From Crenarchaeota archaeon 13_1_40CM_3_52_17 (GTDB lineage: Archaea > Thermoproteota > Bathyarchaeia > 40CM-2-53-6): a stretch of 64,000 bases of DNA. Both the position numbers and the translations under genes were made by a program. Within the stretch, counting starts at the first letter, position 1. Each line of letters opens with the position of its first letter. The notes under the pieces were generated by a model. It did no database searches. It was not told the DNA's origin and saw nothing but the letters and a program-made list of their open reading frames with translations. Of the stretch, positions 1-8,813 are shown one piece after another. The DNA is taken from positions 33,651 through 97,650 of the forward strand of contig MNGN01000031.1 in NCBI GenBank assembly GCA_001918745.1, read 5' to 3'.

Positions 1-165
1 TGGGCTTCATTAAGAGAATGACTCCCAAACCAACCAAGATCATAGTCAACCATGGCGAGAGAAGGAAGTCTGACTTGTTCGCTCAGAACGTCAACCGCAT
101 ATTCGGAATAAAAACAGTCGTCCCCGACGTTCTGGAATCCATTAGGCTTCGATAGGCCGCCAACT

Positions 166-492
166 TCAGCGAGTTCCCGGAACCGCTTCGGTCTGAATCG
201 GAGCCGCAGAGATCGCTCCTTCCGATGAGACGGCTTCTTTTCTCCACACTTTCACGCCCGCCGGCGTTATGACGATACGTTCTTCCCCCAGACGAGCGAT
301 GTCCCCACCTAGAGATTTCGTATAGTCTGTCAATTCGGTGATTGCAAGTTTTGTCTCCTCAACGCTCTTCCTCGCCAAAGGAGTGATTCTAACGATGAGA
401 ATATTGCCTGTCCGAACCTCCCCCTTTATCGTCTCCACATCGTCCAGTTCCTGTAGAGGAAGGGCCTTCACATAGATCGAAGAATGCTGCAT
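166..492 (-). CDS. sepF: SepF-like cell division protein (DUF552)
   Basis: 108 aa; the IYVKALPLQELDDVETIKGEVRTGNILIVRITPL ... IVITPAGVKVW architecture matches archaeal SepF/DUF552. Confidence 0.55.
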   Translation of the reverse strand: MQHSSIYVKALPLQELDDVETIKGEVRTGNILIVRITPLARKSVEETKLAITELTDYTKSLGGDIARLGEERIVITPAGVKVWRKEAVSSEGAISAAPIQTEAVPGTR

Positions 493-585
493 GGGGAAAG
501 ATCAGACTATGCTCCGAGAGCTTAACATCGGGCGTCAACCCGGTTCGACTTTAAACATTTCCCTGACTTTTTTCGATCCAAATCC

Positions 586-1116
586 TCAATTGGAGCTTGG
601 CGGAGCCGGACCCTTTGGCTTTATCACTTCCCAGATCAGATCTCCAACGTAGTGGATGTTTTCAACAACTTTACCCTTCTTTACAGTTGCCAGTGGTCCT
701 GATCCCGCGAGTGCCCTTCCCACGGCAAGATACTTGCCATGCTTCTCATCCACTACGACCAAGAGCTGTTTTTCCGCAAACTCTCCATTGACCCTTCTGA
801 CCCCTGGAGCCATGATGTCCGCACCTCCAACCACGTGTGGAACGGCACCCATGTCAACGATTACCCGTGGTAGCCCGTCGAGGGCGGAGGTGTTAGTTAA
901 CACTGGAGCGAGCTCGCCTTTTCGCTTAAACGCAATGGCTACTCCATCAACAAATATGATTTCCGAATCTTTGACGGTCTCAATCTCCACTCTGGCTTTG
1001 TGGGTGAGATGTTGTTGGTTGGGAAGTCCACGTAGTTCTTCGATCAGTGGTTTTGAGTCTCGATCCTTGAGTATCGTTCTAATTGTCAAGACTCTCCAGA
1101 ATTCGGAATGAGACAA
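586..1116 (-). CDS. PUA-domain RNA-binding protein (pre-PUA + PUA, MCT-1/Tma20-like)
   Basis: 176 aa; N-terminal pre-PUA-like segment and C-terminal PUA-like G-rich beta segment (VVVDEKHGKYLAVGRAL). Confidence 0.45.
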   Translation of the reverse strand: MSHSEFWRVLTIRTILKDRDSKPLIEELRGLPNQQHLTHKARVEIETVKDSEIIFVDGVAIAFKRKGELAPVLTNTSALDGLPRVIVDMGAVPHVVGGADIMAPGVRRVNGEFAEKQLLVVVDEKHGKYLAVGRALAGSGPLATVKKGKVVENIHYVGDLIWEVIKPKGPAPPSSN

Positions 1117-1117
1117 T

Positions 1118-1126
1118 CTTTAAAAG
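1118..1126 (+). promoter_or_regulatory. TATA box (CTTTAAAAG) in 53-nt divergent region between PUA gene and lsm
   Basis: A/T-rich octamer 44 nt upstream of the lsm ATG; archaeal TATA consensus TTTAWA. Confidence 0.35.
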
Positions 1127-1169
1127 AGTACCTTCGGCGGACAACCGCATCTCTCCGGTTGAACAGTGA

Positions 1170-1400
1170 ATGTCTGAAGTTGCGGCGAAGATCTTCGAAG
1201 AGAGCCTGAACAAAGTCGTACTCGTCCAACTTAAGGGCGGACGAACTGTAAGGGGAAGACTGTACAGCTTCGACCAGCATATGAACCTGGTGCTAGAGGA
1301 GGCCGAGGACGTTACTAATGCCGAGTCGACCAAGAAACTTGGCACAATAATCGTCCGGGGCGACAACGTGGTCCTCGTGTCCCCGCCACCTAAGCGCTGA
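1170..1400 (+). CDS. Sm-like archaeal protein (LSm/SmAP)
   Basis: 76 aa; Sm1/Sm2 motifs (VLVQLKGGRTVRGRLYSFDQHMNLVLEEAE ... IIVRGDNVVLVSP). Confidence 0.85.
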   Translation: MSEVAAKIFEESLNKVVLVQLKGGRTVRGRLYSFDQHMNLVLEEAEDVTNAESTKKLGTIIVRGDNVVLVSPPPKR

Positions 1401-1698
1401 GAGACCTCTGATCATCGTTCCAACTCGAACGACTTTAATTTCAAAACGAACCCAGTCTGGCCTGTGAGTTAAGCTCTGCCCAGAGATAGAAGTCAAATCT
1501 TAATGGATGGCTTGACTATCTGCCAATCATACAGATAAAACGCAGAGGGATTCGCATTAGATAATTCCATTGTCAACTTCAAGCGCTACACACTGTCTAC
1601 ACGTGAAGTGGCGGGCAATCAGACGAATTCGAAGCGGCCAACTTACAAAGGTTAAATAGAATCCGGCCGGCAGGCGGCGTTTTACAACGTGAAAGGTC

Positions 1699-4359
1699 TT
1701 GACTCGGGGGGTCTTATGCCTACTACTCATAATTCTATCTCTAGTCCCAGTCATTCCCCAAACATTCCCATCAACGCATGAACTCCCCACTCATCAGGGA
1801 CAAAACCCCCAGCTTGCCGCGGCCCAGGATCCAAGCGGTAGTCTCATGGCTTTCAACGCAAGTCGAGTACAGTTCGACGTGTATACCCAAGCGACAGCCT
1901 CGTTAATCGGCGGGACCCCGACATGGTTTGGGGGAAACTTCACCAATTCACAGTTAGGGACGCCTGTACCTGGAACGGGATTTAACGTCACGATCCCAAG
2001 CAGTACTCTTGCCAATCAGAATGTTACATGGACAAAGGTGAACATACCGCACGGAAACGTTTCATCTACAACATACCTTAGGTTCGACTGGAGGGGCACG
2101 ATTGGCAATGGAACAAAGGCCAGCTACTTCGTCTATAATGAAACCAGCAAACCCCCCGTCTTCAGCTCTACGAAAGTCAACCAAACAACCATTACTGGGG
2201 GTCCTCCATTGTTCACCACGGGAAGCCCCCCCGTCGGATGCACCCCAACCGATGAGTGCTTTGACGTTTCAAAGTACATTGGTTTCAACCTAACTTTGAC
2301 CTTCCATTTCAACTCGACGTCAACTGGTAAGGGACTGAGTGTCAGGGTAAGCAACATTGCTGTTGTCGCTGCCGACGCTACCCCAATTAATTCAATTTCC
2401 CATTCTATGAAACTGGATCCAACCGACCCCACTCACGCCCGAGTCCTGCATAGTGCCAATCAAACGCTGAGATACTTTGCTAACGTCACCTATCACAAAC
2501 CTAACACAGCAAACGGTAACTTGTCGCACAATTGGACACAGATGGTCATAGCCTATTACTATCCGAACTCTTACACTGGCGTTAGTATTAGCCAGAACGG
2601 GACGTCCATATTCCCCCTTACCGCGCCTGCCGCTCCCATATTCCAGGGCAATTGCCCAGGGTCCTTCTTCTGCACTGACACTCATTTTGTCGCGTTGAAC
2701 ATGACTAGCGGAATAGCCCGAGCAGGTATCAACATAGCCGCCAACTCCGTAAATGCCGAGGCTGGGGTCCAGACTACGTTGGGCGGCGTCACTACCAGTT
2801 ACTGGGGTCCCGGTGATCTCCTCCAAGTCAAGGTCAATCTTCGTCAAGGCGTCAATGTCACAGGATTCAACATAGTATCGGCTAACAAGACCGGGGTTGT
2901 TAGGCTTACTCAGCAATTTACTAATGTCAAGAAGGGGATCTCGCTAGAAAACTTCACGAGTCCTCTTCCGCAGGACACCTCTTTGCTGGGACAGTGGACC
3001 ATCAATAGTACTTTCATCAACGGGTACGATTACGGGTATAACTCCACGTCATTCACTCTTGAACAGCTCGGAGTCACCGGATTCACGTACTCTGGAAGCA
3101 ATCAACGCTTGACTGCAGGAGGCACCCTAACTTACGCGTCCAACACCTCACCGGCCCCCGATGTCAAGGGATACGTCTTTGCTGTTGACAGCGGTTCCGG
3201 GGCTGCACCGTTATCTACTCCCACGGTGACGAGTGGTACCGGAATCTACATTTCCAATATTACACTGCTGAACGGAGTGTTCACCTCAGGAGGACAACTG
3301 ATAATGGTGTTCACCCTCGTCAATCCAACAAAAATCGCTATGAAAGCCAACAACCTGACGATTGATCATGAATGGGTAAGCGGCGTATCTCACGGTTCAA
3401 ACGCGACCATTGCGGTGCCATCTGGTGCCGACACATTCACGCTTCAACCCGACTACATCTACAGGCTGAATGCAACATTCACTCCGGGCGGTATTCAGAT
3501 AATTGTTACTGGTACAGGCAACAGCGTTTCGGCACTGCTCCCACCTGGCAATCCACCGGTGACAAGCCTCCGACAACACGCCGGCCTGTTCAGAATAACC
3601 GTCAACAGCAGCCCTGTGTCGGGATCATCCCCTTGCGTTCCGGAGTGCAAGAACAGCCTGGAATCTCTTGCCTATGCCTATGTCCTAGTCAATCCTCCAG
3701 TCCCTGGCAGGCTATTAGCCTCCGGAAATTTCACATCGACGGCGTCAGGAGCTTTTTCGACAACCATCAGTTCGGGGAAGATACTCGGCGCGGGTAAGTT
3801 GACCTTCTTATCCTTGGGAAGGGACCCAAATGGCCTCGCGATCACTGTCCAAGACAAATCGACTCAAGAATCGACAATCCTTATCTCAAAGATCGACAAT
3901 ATTCCAACGGCAACACAGAACCAACCTCTGACCCTAGTCCTCCACTTGACAAGTAACTCAACCAGCATCGACATGAGTATTACGATCAGCCTGAACGTTG
4001 AAGGGAACGGTGTAGTCCAAAGTCAATCCGGAATCCTCGTCCCTCACGGCATATCCAAGGATGTGCCCTTTAACTTCAATGCCCCCGCAAAAGTAGGAGT
4101 ATATTCTCTAACATTCTTCTCTCCAGACTACGGCTCTCCACTAATCACGGGCACCCTGCAGGTGTCTGTATTACAAAGCAGCCTCCAAGTGATCATTCCA
4201 GCAATCATTGGATTGGCAGCCGCTATCGTCATTCTCCTATTCTTCCAGTTCCGGAAAAAACCAGAGACAATGCCCGAATCTCCCGCGAAAGAAAAGTCAG
4301 CGGCTGGAAAACCCACAAGACCAAACGCCGGAACCTCGACCTCGAAATCCTTAACTTAA
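1699..4359 (+). CDS. large cell-surface glycoprotein (S-layer-like), type I membrane anchored
   Basis: 886 aa; N-terminal signal peptide, dozens of N-x-S/T sequons, Thr/Ser/Asn-rich beta-rich body, C-terminal TM helix (IIPAIIGLAAAIVILLFFQF) plus basic tail RKKPE. Confidence 0.6.
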   Translation: MTRGVLCLLLIILSLVPVIPQTFPSTHELPTHQGQNPQLAAAQDPSGSLMAFNASRVQFDVYTQATASLIGGTPTWFGGNFTNSQLGTPVPGTGFNVTIPSSTLANQNVTWTKVNIPHGNVSSTTYLRFDWRGTIGNGTKASYFVYNETSKPPVFSSTKVNQTTITGGPPLFTTGSPPVGCTPTDECFDVSKYIGFNLTLTFHFNSTSTGKGLSVRVSNIAVVAADATPINSISHSMKLDPTDPTHARVLHSANQTLRYFANVTYHKPNTANGNLSHNWTQMVIAYYYPNSYTGVSISQNGTSIFPLTAPAAPIFQGNCPGSFFCTDTHFVALNMTSGIARAGINIAANSVNAEAGVQTTLGGVTTSYWGPGDLLQVKVNLRQGVNVTGFNIVSANKTGVVRLTQQFTNVKKGISLENFTSPLPQDTSLLGQWTINSTFINGYDYGYNSTSFTLEQLGVTGFTYSGSNQRLTAGGTLTYASNTSPAPDVKGYVFAVDSGSGAAPLSTPTVTSGTGIYISNITLLNGVFTSGGQLIMVFTLVNPTKIAMKANNLTIDHEWVSGVSHGSNATIAVPSGADTFTLQPDYIYRLNATFTPGGIQIIVTGTGNSVSALLPPGNPPVTSLRQHAGLFRITVNSSPVSGSSPCVPECKNSLESLAYAYVLVNPPVPGRLLASGNFTSTASGAFSTTISSGKILGAGKLTFLSLGRDPNGLAITVQDKSTQESTILISKIDNIPTATQNQPLTLVLHLTSNSTSIDMSITISLNVEGNGVVQSQSGILVPHGISKDVPFNFNAPAKVGVYSLTFFSPDYGSPLITGTLQVSVLQSSLQVIIPAIIGLAAAIVILLFFQFRKKPETMPESPAKEKSAAGKPTRPNAGTSTSKSLT

Positions 4360-4395
4360 ACCCAGTACGTTTTCTGGACTTCTTGGTTTAGAACT

Positions 4396-4617
4396 ATGGA
4401 GTCCGGTCCCGAAGAACCACTTGGAGAATCAATCCCACCGGAAGCTCCGCCACGAGAACGAAACCCCGGCGGGCTAATCTACGAATGCATCAACTGCGGA
4501 TCCAAGCTAACAGCTGACCAGCTCGCCATGACCCCAGAGATCAAATGCCCATTCTGCGGATATAGGATACTTCGAAAGGTAAGACCTCCAATCGTAAAGC
4601 ACGTGAAGGCCCGATAG
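4396..4617 (+). CDS. rpoP: DNA-directed RNA polymerase subunit P (Rpo12/RpoP) with N-terminal extension
   Basis: 73 aa; zinc-ribbon core YECINCGSKLT ... IKCPFCGYRILRKVRP typical of RpoP; roughly 25 aa acidic/Pro-rich N-terminal extension. Confidence 0.7.
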   Translation: MESGPEEPLGESIPPEAPPRERNPGGLIYECINCGSKLTADQLAMTPEIKCPFCGYRILRKVRPPIVKHVKAR

Positions 4618-4694
4618 CAAGGCCAGCTGATACCGTTCAGAACGCAGATAAGACGAAAATACTCTCCTCTGATCGAGCCCTGAGCCGAGAACCC

Positions 4695-6443
4695 TTGCAG
4701 CAACAGATCAAAGACAAACACAAGCTATTATCCGAGACCGCCCGGCGAAGAGGATTCTTCTGGGGCTCATTCGAAATCTACGGAGGCCTCAGCGGATTCC
4801 TGGACTTAGGACCGCTAGGCGTCGGCCTGAAGCGACAGATCGAGAATTTATGGCGACAATTCTTCATCCAACGACACGGTTTTGTGGAGGTCTCAACCCC
4901 AATAATCACTCCTCACAAGGTGCTAGAAGCCTCAGGACACGTTGAGAACTTCAAAGACCCTATGACGGAATGCAGTAACTGCCACAGACGATTCCGAGCA
5001 GACCAATTGGTCAAAGAAGCTACCGGCCTCGAAACCGAAGGACTGAGTCTGGAGCAACTCGGCTCGCTCTTGAAAGAAAGACATGTGAAGTGCCCCGAGT
5101 GCGGCGGAGAGCTCGGGCCCCCCCGATACTTCATGACCATGTTCAAGACTAGCATAGGTCCATACGGCGAAGACCCGGCTTACGGCCGCCCGGAAGCTGC
5201 GCAGGGAATTTTCGTCAACTTCCGCCGAATCCTCGAGACAATGAGGGAAAGGTTTCCGATCGGAATAGCACAAGTAGGAACTGTCCTTCGCAACGAAATA
5301 TCACCCAGGCAGGGTCCGATACGATTGCGAGAGTTCACGATAATGGATTTCGAACTCTTCTTCGACCCGGCAGAGTCCGACTGCCCGTACATGGACGAGG
5401 TCGTAACTGAGGAGTTATCGATTGTTACTGAGGAGTCCAGAAACAAAGGTACAGAAAACGCAACCAAGGTCCAGGTGGGCGAAGCTGTTGAGAAGCAAGT
5501 GATCAAGGCACAATGGGCGGCTTACTTTATGGCCCTCTCGAAACAATTCCTGACCCAGCTCGGGGTCGACGCACAGCATCAGAGATTTTTCGAAAAACTC
5601 CCGACGGAAAGGGCTCACTATTCCGCCCAGACATTCGATCATGAAATTGAATTGGACCGCTGGGGTTGGACCGAGGTGGCAGGCTTCGCTTACAGAACAG
5701 ACTATGATCTTCGAAAACACATGGAGGCGACAGGGGAAGACCTGCGGGTCTTCAAGCCCTACTCGACACCTCGGGTACGCAAAACAAAATCAATAAAGCC
5801 AAACCACCAAAACCTCAGAAGAATATTCCGAGAACAAACCGGAAGAGTTGCCGACCTAATATCCAAAGACGACCCAGAAAGACTTCTCACCGCCAAGAAG
5901 GCCGGACAGCCGGTGAAAATCGGGTCATACACCGTTCCCCCGGACTGTTTCGACGTAGTTGAAGAAGAAGTCAAGGAAACTGGCACTCGGTTCCTACCTC
6001 ACGTAATTGAGCCAAGTTTCGGAGTGGAACGCCTTCTCTACACGACCCTCGAATACAACCTGACGATGAAGGAGGATAGGCTCATTCTCGGTCTCCCATT
6101 CAACCTTGCTCCCATCCAAGCCTCAGTCTTCCCGTTGGTAAACAAAGATGGGCTGCAGAAACGGGCTACGGAAGTCTATGAGACTCTCATAACTGAAGGA
6201 TTGAGGGTCGAGTATGATGAGGCAGGGTCCATCGGACGGAGATACGCTAGAGCCGACGAGGCAGGGGTCCCTCTGGGAATAACCATAGACTACGAAACAC
6301 TCAAGGATGACACTGTCACCGTCCGAGACCGCGATAGCTGGAGCCAAATGAGAACCCCGGTTGGAACGCTTGCATCGACAATCCACAGAATAGTGAAAGA
6401 AGGCTTCAAGGCTCCAACGTCACCTACACTAGAACACTGCTAG
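4695..6443 (+). CDS. glyS: glycyl-tRNA synthetase (archaeal/eukaryotic-type class II)
   Basis: 582 aa; GFFWGSFEIYGGLSGFLDLGPLG and class II aaRS motifs, anticodon-binding C-terminus. Confidence 0.9.
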   Translation: MQQQIKDKHKLLSETARRRGFFWGSFEIYGGLSGFLDLGPLGVGLKRQIENLWRQFFIQRHGFVEVSTPIITPHKVLEASGHVENFKDPMTECSNCHRRFRADQLVKEATGLETEGLSLEQLGSLLKERHVKCPECGGELGPPRYFMTMFKTSIGPYGEDPAYGRPEAAQGIFVNFRRILETMRERFPIGIAQVGTVLRNEISPRQGPIRLREFTIMDFELFFDPAESDCPYMDEVVTEELSIVTEESRNKGTENATKVQVGEAVEKQVIKAQWAAYFMALSKQFLTQLGVDAQHQRFFEKLPTERAHYSAQTFDHEIELDRWGWTEVAGFAYRTDYDLRKHMEATGEDLRVFKPYSTPRVRKTKSIKPNHQNLRRIFREQTGRVADLISKDDPERLLTAKKAGQPVKIGSYTVPPDCFDVVEEEVKETGTRFLPHVIEPSFGVERLLYTTLEYNLTMKEDRLILGLPFNLAPIQASVFPLVNKDGLQKRATEVYETLITEGLRVEYDEAGSIGRRYARADEAGVPLGITIDYETLKDDTVTVRDRDSWSQMRTPVGTLASTIHRIVKEGFKAPTSPTLEHC

Positions 6444-6452
6444 TTTTTATGG
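6444..6452 (+). promoter_or_regulatory. T-tract/TATA element (TTTTTATGG) immediately after glyS stop, 34 nt upstream of the DUF47 gene
   Basis: T5 tract serves as archaeal terminator for glyS and overlaps a TATA-like box for the downstream gene. Confidence 0.3.
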
Positions 6453-6485
6453 CAAGGATAGCATCAGGTTGCGAGACAGTGTTCT

Positions 6486-7148
6486 TTGATGACCTTTCCA
6501 GTCGAAACCGAAGCAAACATACGACGTAGGATACTCGACATCTGTAGAGAACAAACTAGAAACGTCGTCGACATCACCCGTGAACTAGCACTCATGACTG
6601 ACACCGTTTCGGAAGGAAAAGCCAAGGAAGCAAAAGAACACTACCAAAACATGCTGAAGATTCTCGGAGACTTCGAAGGGACCAAAAAGAAGCTCCTGGA
6701 AGAAGTCGCGTCCTTCGGTACGCTCCTTAGCAACCGAGAGGACTTCATCAGACTAATTTTCAAGATAGGCGAAGTAGCCGACTATGCTCAAGGCATTGGT
6801 TTTCGGCTTTCTGCGGTGATTGACCGGAACTGGAAGGTCGACAAGAAATACACAAAGCGACTGGCGGAACTGAACACCCTAGTTCTTGAAGAAATGTCCA
6901 AGATACGAGAGACAGTAATGTCACTGGGCTTCAACCCAGCAAAGGCTATGGAACTCTCGAGAGGAGTCGAAGAGACAGAGAAGAAAGTAGACACCGCCTA
7001 TCGATCTCTCGACCTCGAGGTTCTAGACGACAAGATTCCTCTTCGAACGCTGCTACTCGTACGAGACCTTAGTGCTCACATGGAGAACATGGCCGACCTA
7101 GGGGTGGATGTTGTAGACCTGATCAGAGTAATCGCTCTAACCGCCTAG
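6486..7148 (+). CDS. DUF47 family protein (PhoU-like)
   Basis: 220 aa; all-helical, with the conserved REDFIRL ... EVADYAQ and C-terminal ENMADLGVDVVDLI pattern of PF01865. Confidence 0.6.
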   Translation: MMTFPVETEANIRRRILDICREQTRNVVDITRELALMTDTVSEGKAKEAKEHYQNMLKILGDFEGTKKKLLEEVASFGTLLSNREDFIRLIFKIGEVADYAQGIGFRLSAVIDRNWKVDKKYTKRLAELNTLVLEEMSKIRETVMSLGFNPAKAMELSRGVEETEKKVDTAYRSLDLEVLDDKIPLRTLLLVRDLSAHMENMADLGVDVVDLIRVIALTA

Positions 7149-7155
7149 AGGACTC

Positions 7156-7725
7156 ATGAAACCCGCAACGCTTCAAGGCGAAGCCGAACTTATTGGAACC
7201 CGACTAATAGTATGGGACGCCAAAAAGGGGCTCGACATTTACCGCTCCGGTTTCTTTGGAAAACCAGTCGGCATACCAAAACCCAAGCCAGACCAAGACT
7301 TCGACGTACCCCTCCTACTAGACCTAATGGAGGGATTATACCTTCTAGAGCATCAAAGGATATCCGTGATCGATGGAAGAACCAAAGAACCGGTTCGTAA
7401 GTCCGTCCTGCTGAGAGAAGCGAGAGAGACCTACCGTGGATTCAGCCAAGCATACCAAGTCTACAAAGATCTGAGGAACAAGGGCTACATCGTCACGCCC
7501 GGGATAAAATTCGGAGCCGACTTTGCAGTGTATGAGCACGGACCCGGGATAGATCATGCCCCCTTCATCGTCTCCGTCGAAGATCCCGAGTCCATCATGG
7601 GACCCTTCGAGGTGGTCCGGGCGGGAAGGCTAGCAACAACCGTTAGGAAGCAATTCATCATAGCAATACCAAACACCAAGCAGGACGAGATCAGATACCT
7701 CGTCTTCAGCTGGTTCAAAGCCTAA
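7156..7725 (+). CDS. endA: tRNA-splicing endonuclease
   Basis: 189 aa; catalytic C-terminal domain GYIVTPGIKFGADFAVYEHGP ... HAPFIVSVED. Confidence 0.8.
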   Translation: MKPATLQGEAELIGTRLIVWDAKKGLDIYRSGFFGKPVGIPKPKPDQDFDVPLLLDLMEGLYLLEHQRISVIDGRTKEPVRKSVLLREARETYRGFSQAYQVYKDLRNKGYIVTPGIKFGADFAVYEHGPGIDHAPFIVSVEDPESIMGPFEVVRAGRLATTVRKQFIIAIPNTKQDEIRYLVFSWFKA

Positions 7726-8114
7726 CACGTGACATCAGACCGACTCGCAGCTGTCCCTTGAGCATTCCTGAGAAAGGAAAGAGCGAAATCACGCGCGTGT
7801 CTCTCAGTCCCTCTGTGTTTCCCCCCAACATGTCTCAAGTGATGGTAAAATTCATGGATCAGGACATACGGATCAAACAAGTATTCTTCGCTCGAAATGT
7901 AGATAGTCCGTTCTCTATGCACGTAGCACCCGAGGGCCTTTTTCTCCCCTCTGGGGAGACCAATCCGTAGAGCAGGCCTTTCTACCCGGTAATGAGAGCA
8001 AAGGGCATCAAGCGCCTCCTCAGGCTTCCTTTCCATTGCAATAAGACGTACAATGGTTCTTTGGAACTCGGCTTCTTGAAACCCATCCTTTGGCCCCGAC
8101 TTCGACTGGCTCAT
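7722..8114 (-). CDS. small HExxH-motif protein (possible DUF45/WLM-like minimal metallopeptidase)
   Basis: 130 aa; YVLIHEFYHHLRH motif; 4-nt overlap with the endA stop on the opposite strand. Confidence 0.3.
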   Translation of the reverse strand: MSQSKSGPKDGFQEAEFQRTIVRLIAMERKPEEALDALCSHYRVERPALRIGLPRGEKKALGCYVHRERTIYISSEEYLFDPYVLIHEFYHHLRHVGGKHRGTERHARDFALSFLRNAQGTAASRSDVTC

Positions 8115-8182
8115 CCCCCATCAGCTACCGCTATGACCATCGAAACTCCGCGTTTTAGTTCCAAGATCGCTGGCACATCTGA

Positions 8183-8593
8183 ATGCGACCCTTTAAGGTT
8201 CTTCAAGAGCGACCTTTCCAGGGATTCTCGGTGTGGAAGAGAATCCAGTCTTTCTTTGAGACTCATCCTGAATGGTTGCAAGTCGCTGAGTTCCTGGTGA
8301 AGAATGGATTCTCCATCAGGAGCAACAGGATTCTTGTCAACGAGGTTGAGATCCCAACGGTCAAAGTCGTTCGAGCGGTCGGAGTTGACCGCAGGACCGT
8401 AAGTGAAACGACTCGAACAACTGACTTGGACAAGAAAGTCAAAACAATTTTTCGAGTCTGGAATATACTGGACCATCGCTCCGGACAGCAACCAAGCAGT
8501 TGGGACTTGGATTTGTCGAGACAGCAGCCGACAACCCAAGCAAGATCGGTATTCTCTCGAACGTATCCAGGGTCCTGGGAGAGCATGGATTAA
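8183..8593 (+). CDS. hypothetical protein, winged-helix-like N-terminus (possible N-terminal part of a COG2150-type ACT regulator)
   Basis: 136 aa; protein-like to about residue 95, then low-complexity S/Q/R-rich tail that overlaps the ACT ORF in another frame. Confidence 0.3.
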   Translation: MRPFKVLQERPFQGFSVWKRIQSFFETHPEWLQVAEFLVKNGFSIRSNRILVNEVEIPTVKVVRAVGVDRRTVSETTRTTDLDKKVKTIFRVWNILDHRSGQQPSSWDLDLSRQQPTTQARSVFSRTYPGSWESMD

Positions 8594-8733
8594 GGATTAG
8601 ACAATCGTTGGTCGACGATCCTGAACTGAATCCCGACCCCAAGCCTACTCTGATAGGAGATAGGGTCATCCCAGGAAAGGCCATCCCAACGATTCTGAGG
8701 ATTCCTGGGGTTGCTAAGGTGTCGGTTTACTAG
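8500..8733 (+). CDS. ACT-domain protein (TTG start), standalone or C-terminal part of a frameshifted regulator
   Basis: 77 aa; GLGFVETAADNPSKIGILSNVSRVLGEHGLRIRQ = beta-alpha-beta ACT signature; frame open upstream to 8425. Confidence 0.4.
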   Translation: MGLGFVETAADNPSKIGILSNVSRVLGEHGLRIRQSLVDDPELNPDPKPTLIGDRVIPGKAIPTILRIPGVAKVSVY

Positions 8734-8750
8734 TTACCGATACGTCCGCC

Positions 8751-8797
8751 GTTACTAAAGGTAACATTTATAGCGCGTTTCTGTTACCTGGAGTAAC
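8751..8797 (+). promoter_or_regulatory. TATA box (ATTTATAG, 8766-8773) flanked by two perfect palindromes GTTAC-N5-GTAAC (8751-8765 and 8783-8797), plus an extra GTTAC half-site at 8733
   Basis: directly read; IR1 abuts the BRE side of the TATA, IR2 sits over the predicted TSS about 17 nt before the ATG at 8814. Confidence 0.6.
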
Positions 8798-8813
8798 GAA
8801 TAAGGGTCCACGA

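Noticed and set aside
493-585. tRNA-like GGTTCGACT in the intergenic region, and similar GGTTCGGGT at 63931
   Set aside because: No acceptor or anticodon stem architecture around them. No intergenic region showed a convincing cloverleaf, so no tRNA is claimed.
1400-1699. Expected rpl37e gene downstream of lsm (common archaeal linkage)
   Set aside because: All three plus-strand frames carry early stops; no C-x2-C ... C-x2-C L37e-like ORF is present.
2392-3797. Antisense or alternative-frame ORFs inside the large surface-protein gene (for example 2392-2916 minus, 3372-3797 plus), and similar ones inside guaB, hutU, cca and the helicase
   Set aside because: Low-complexity, no motifs, fully embedded in well-supported genes; typical spurious ORFs.
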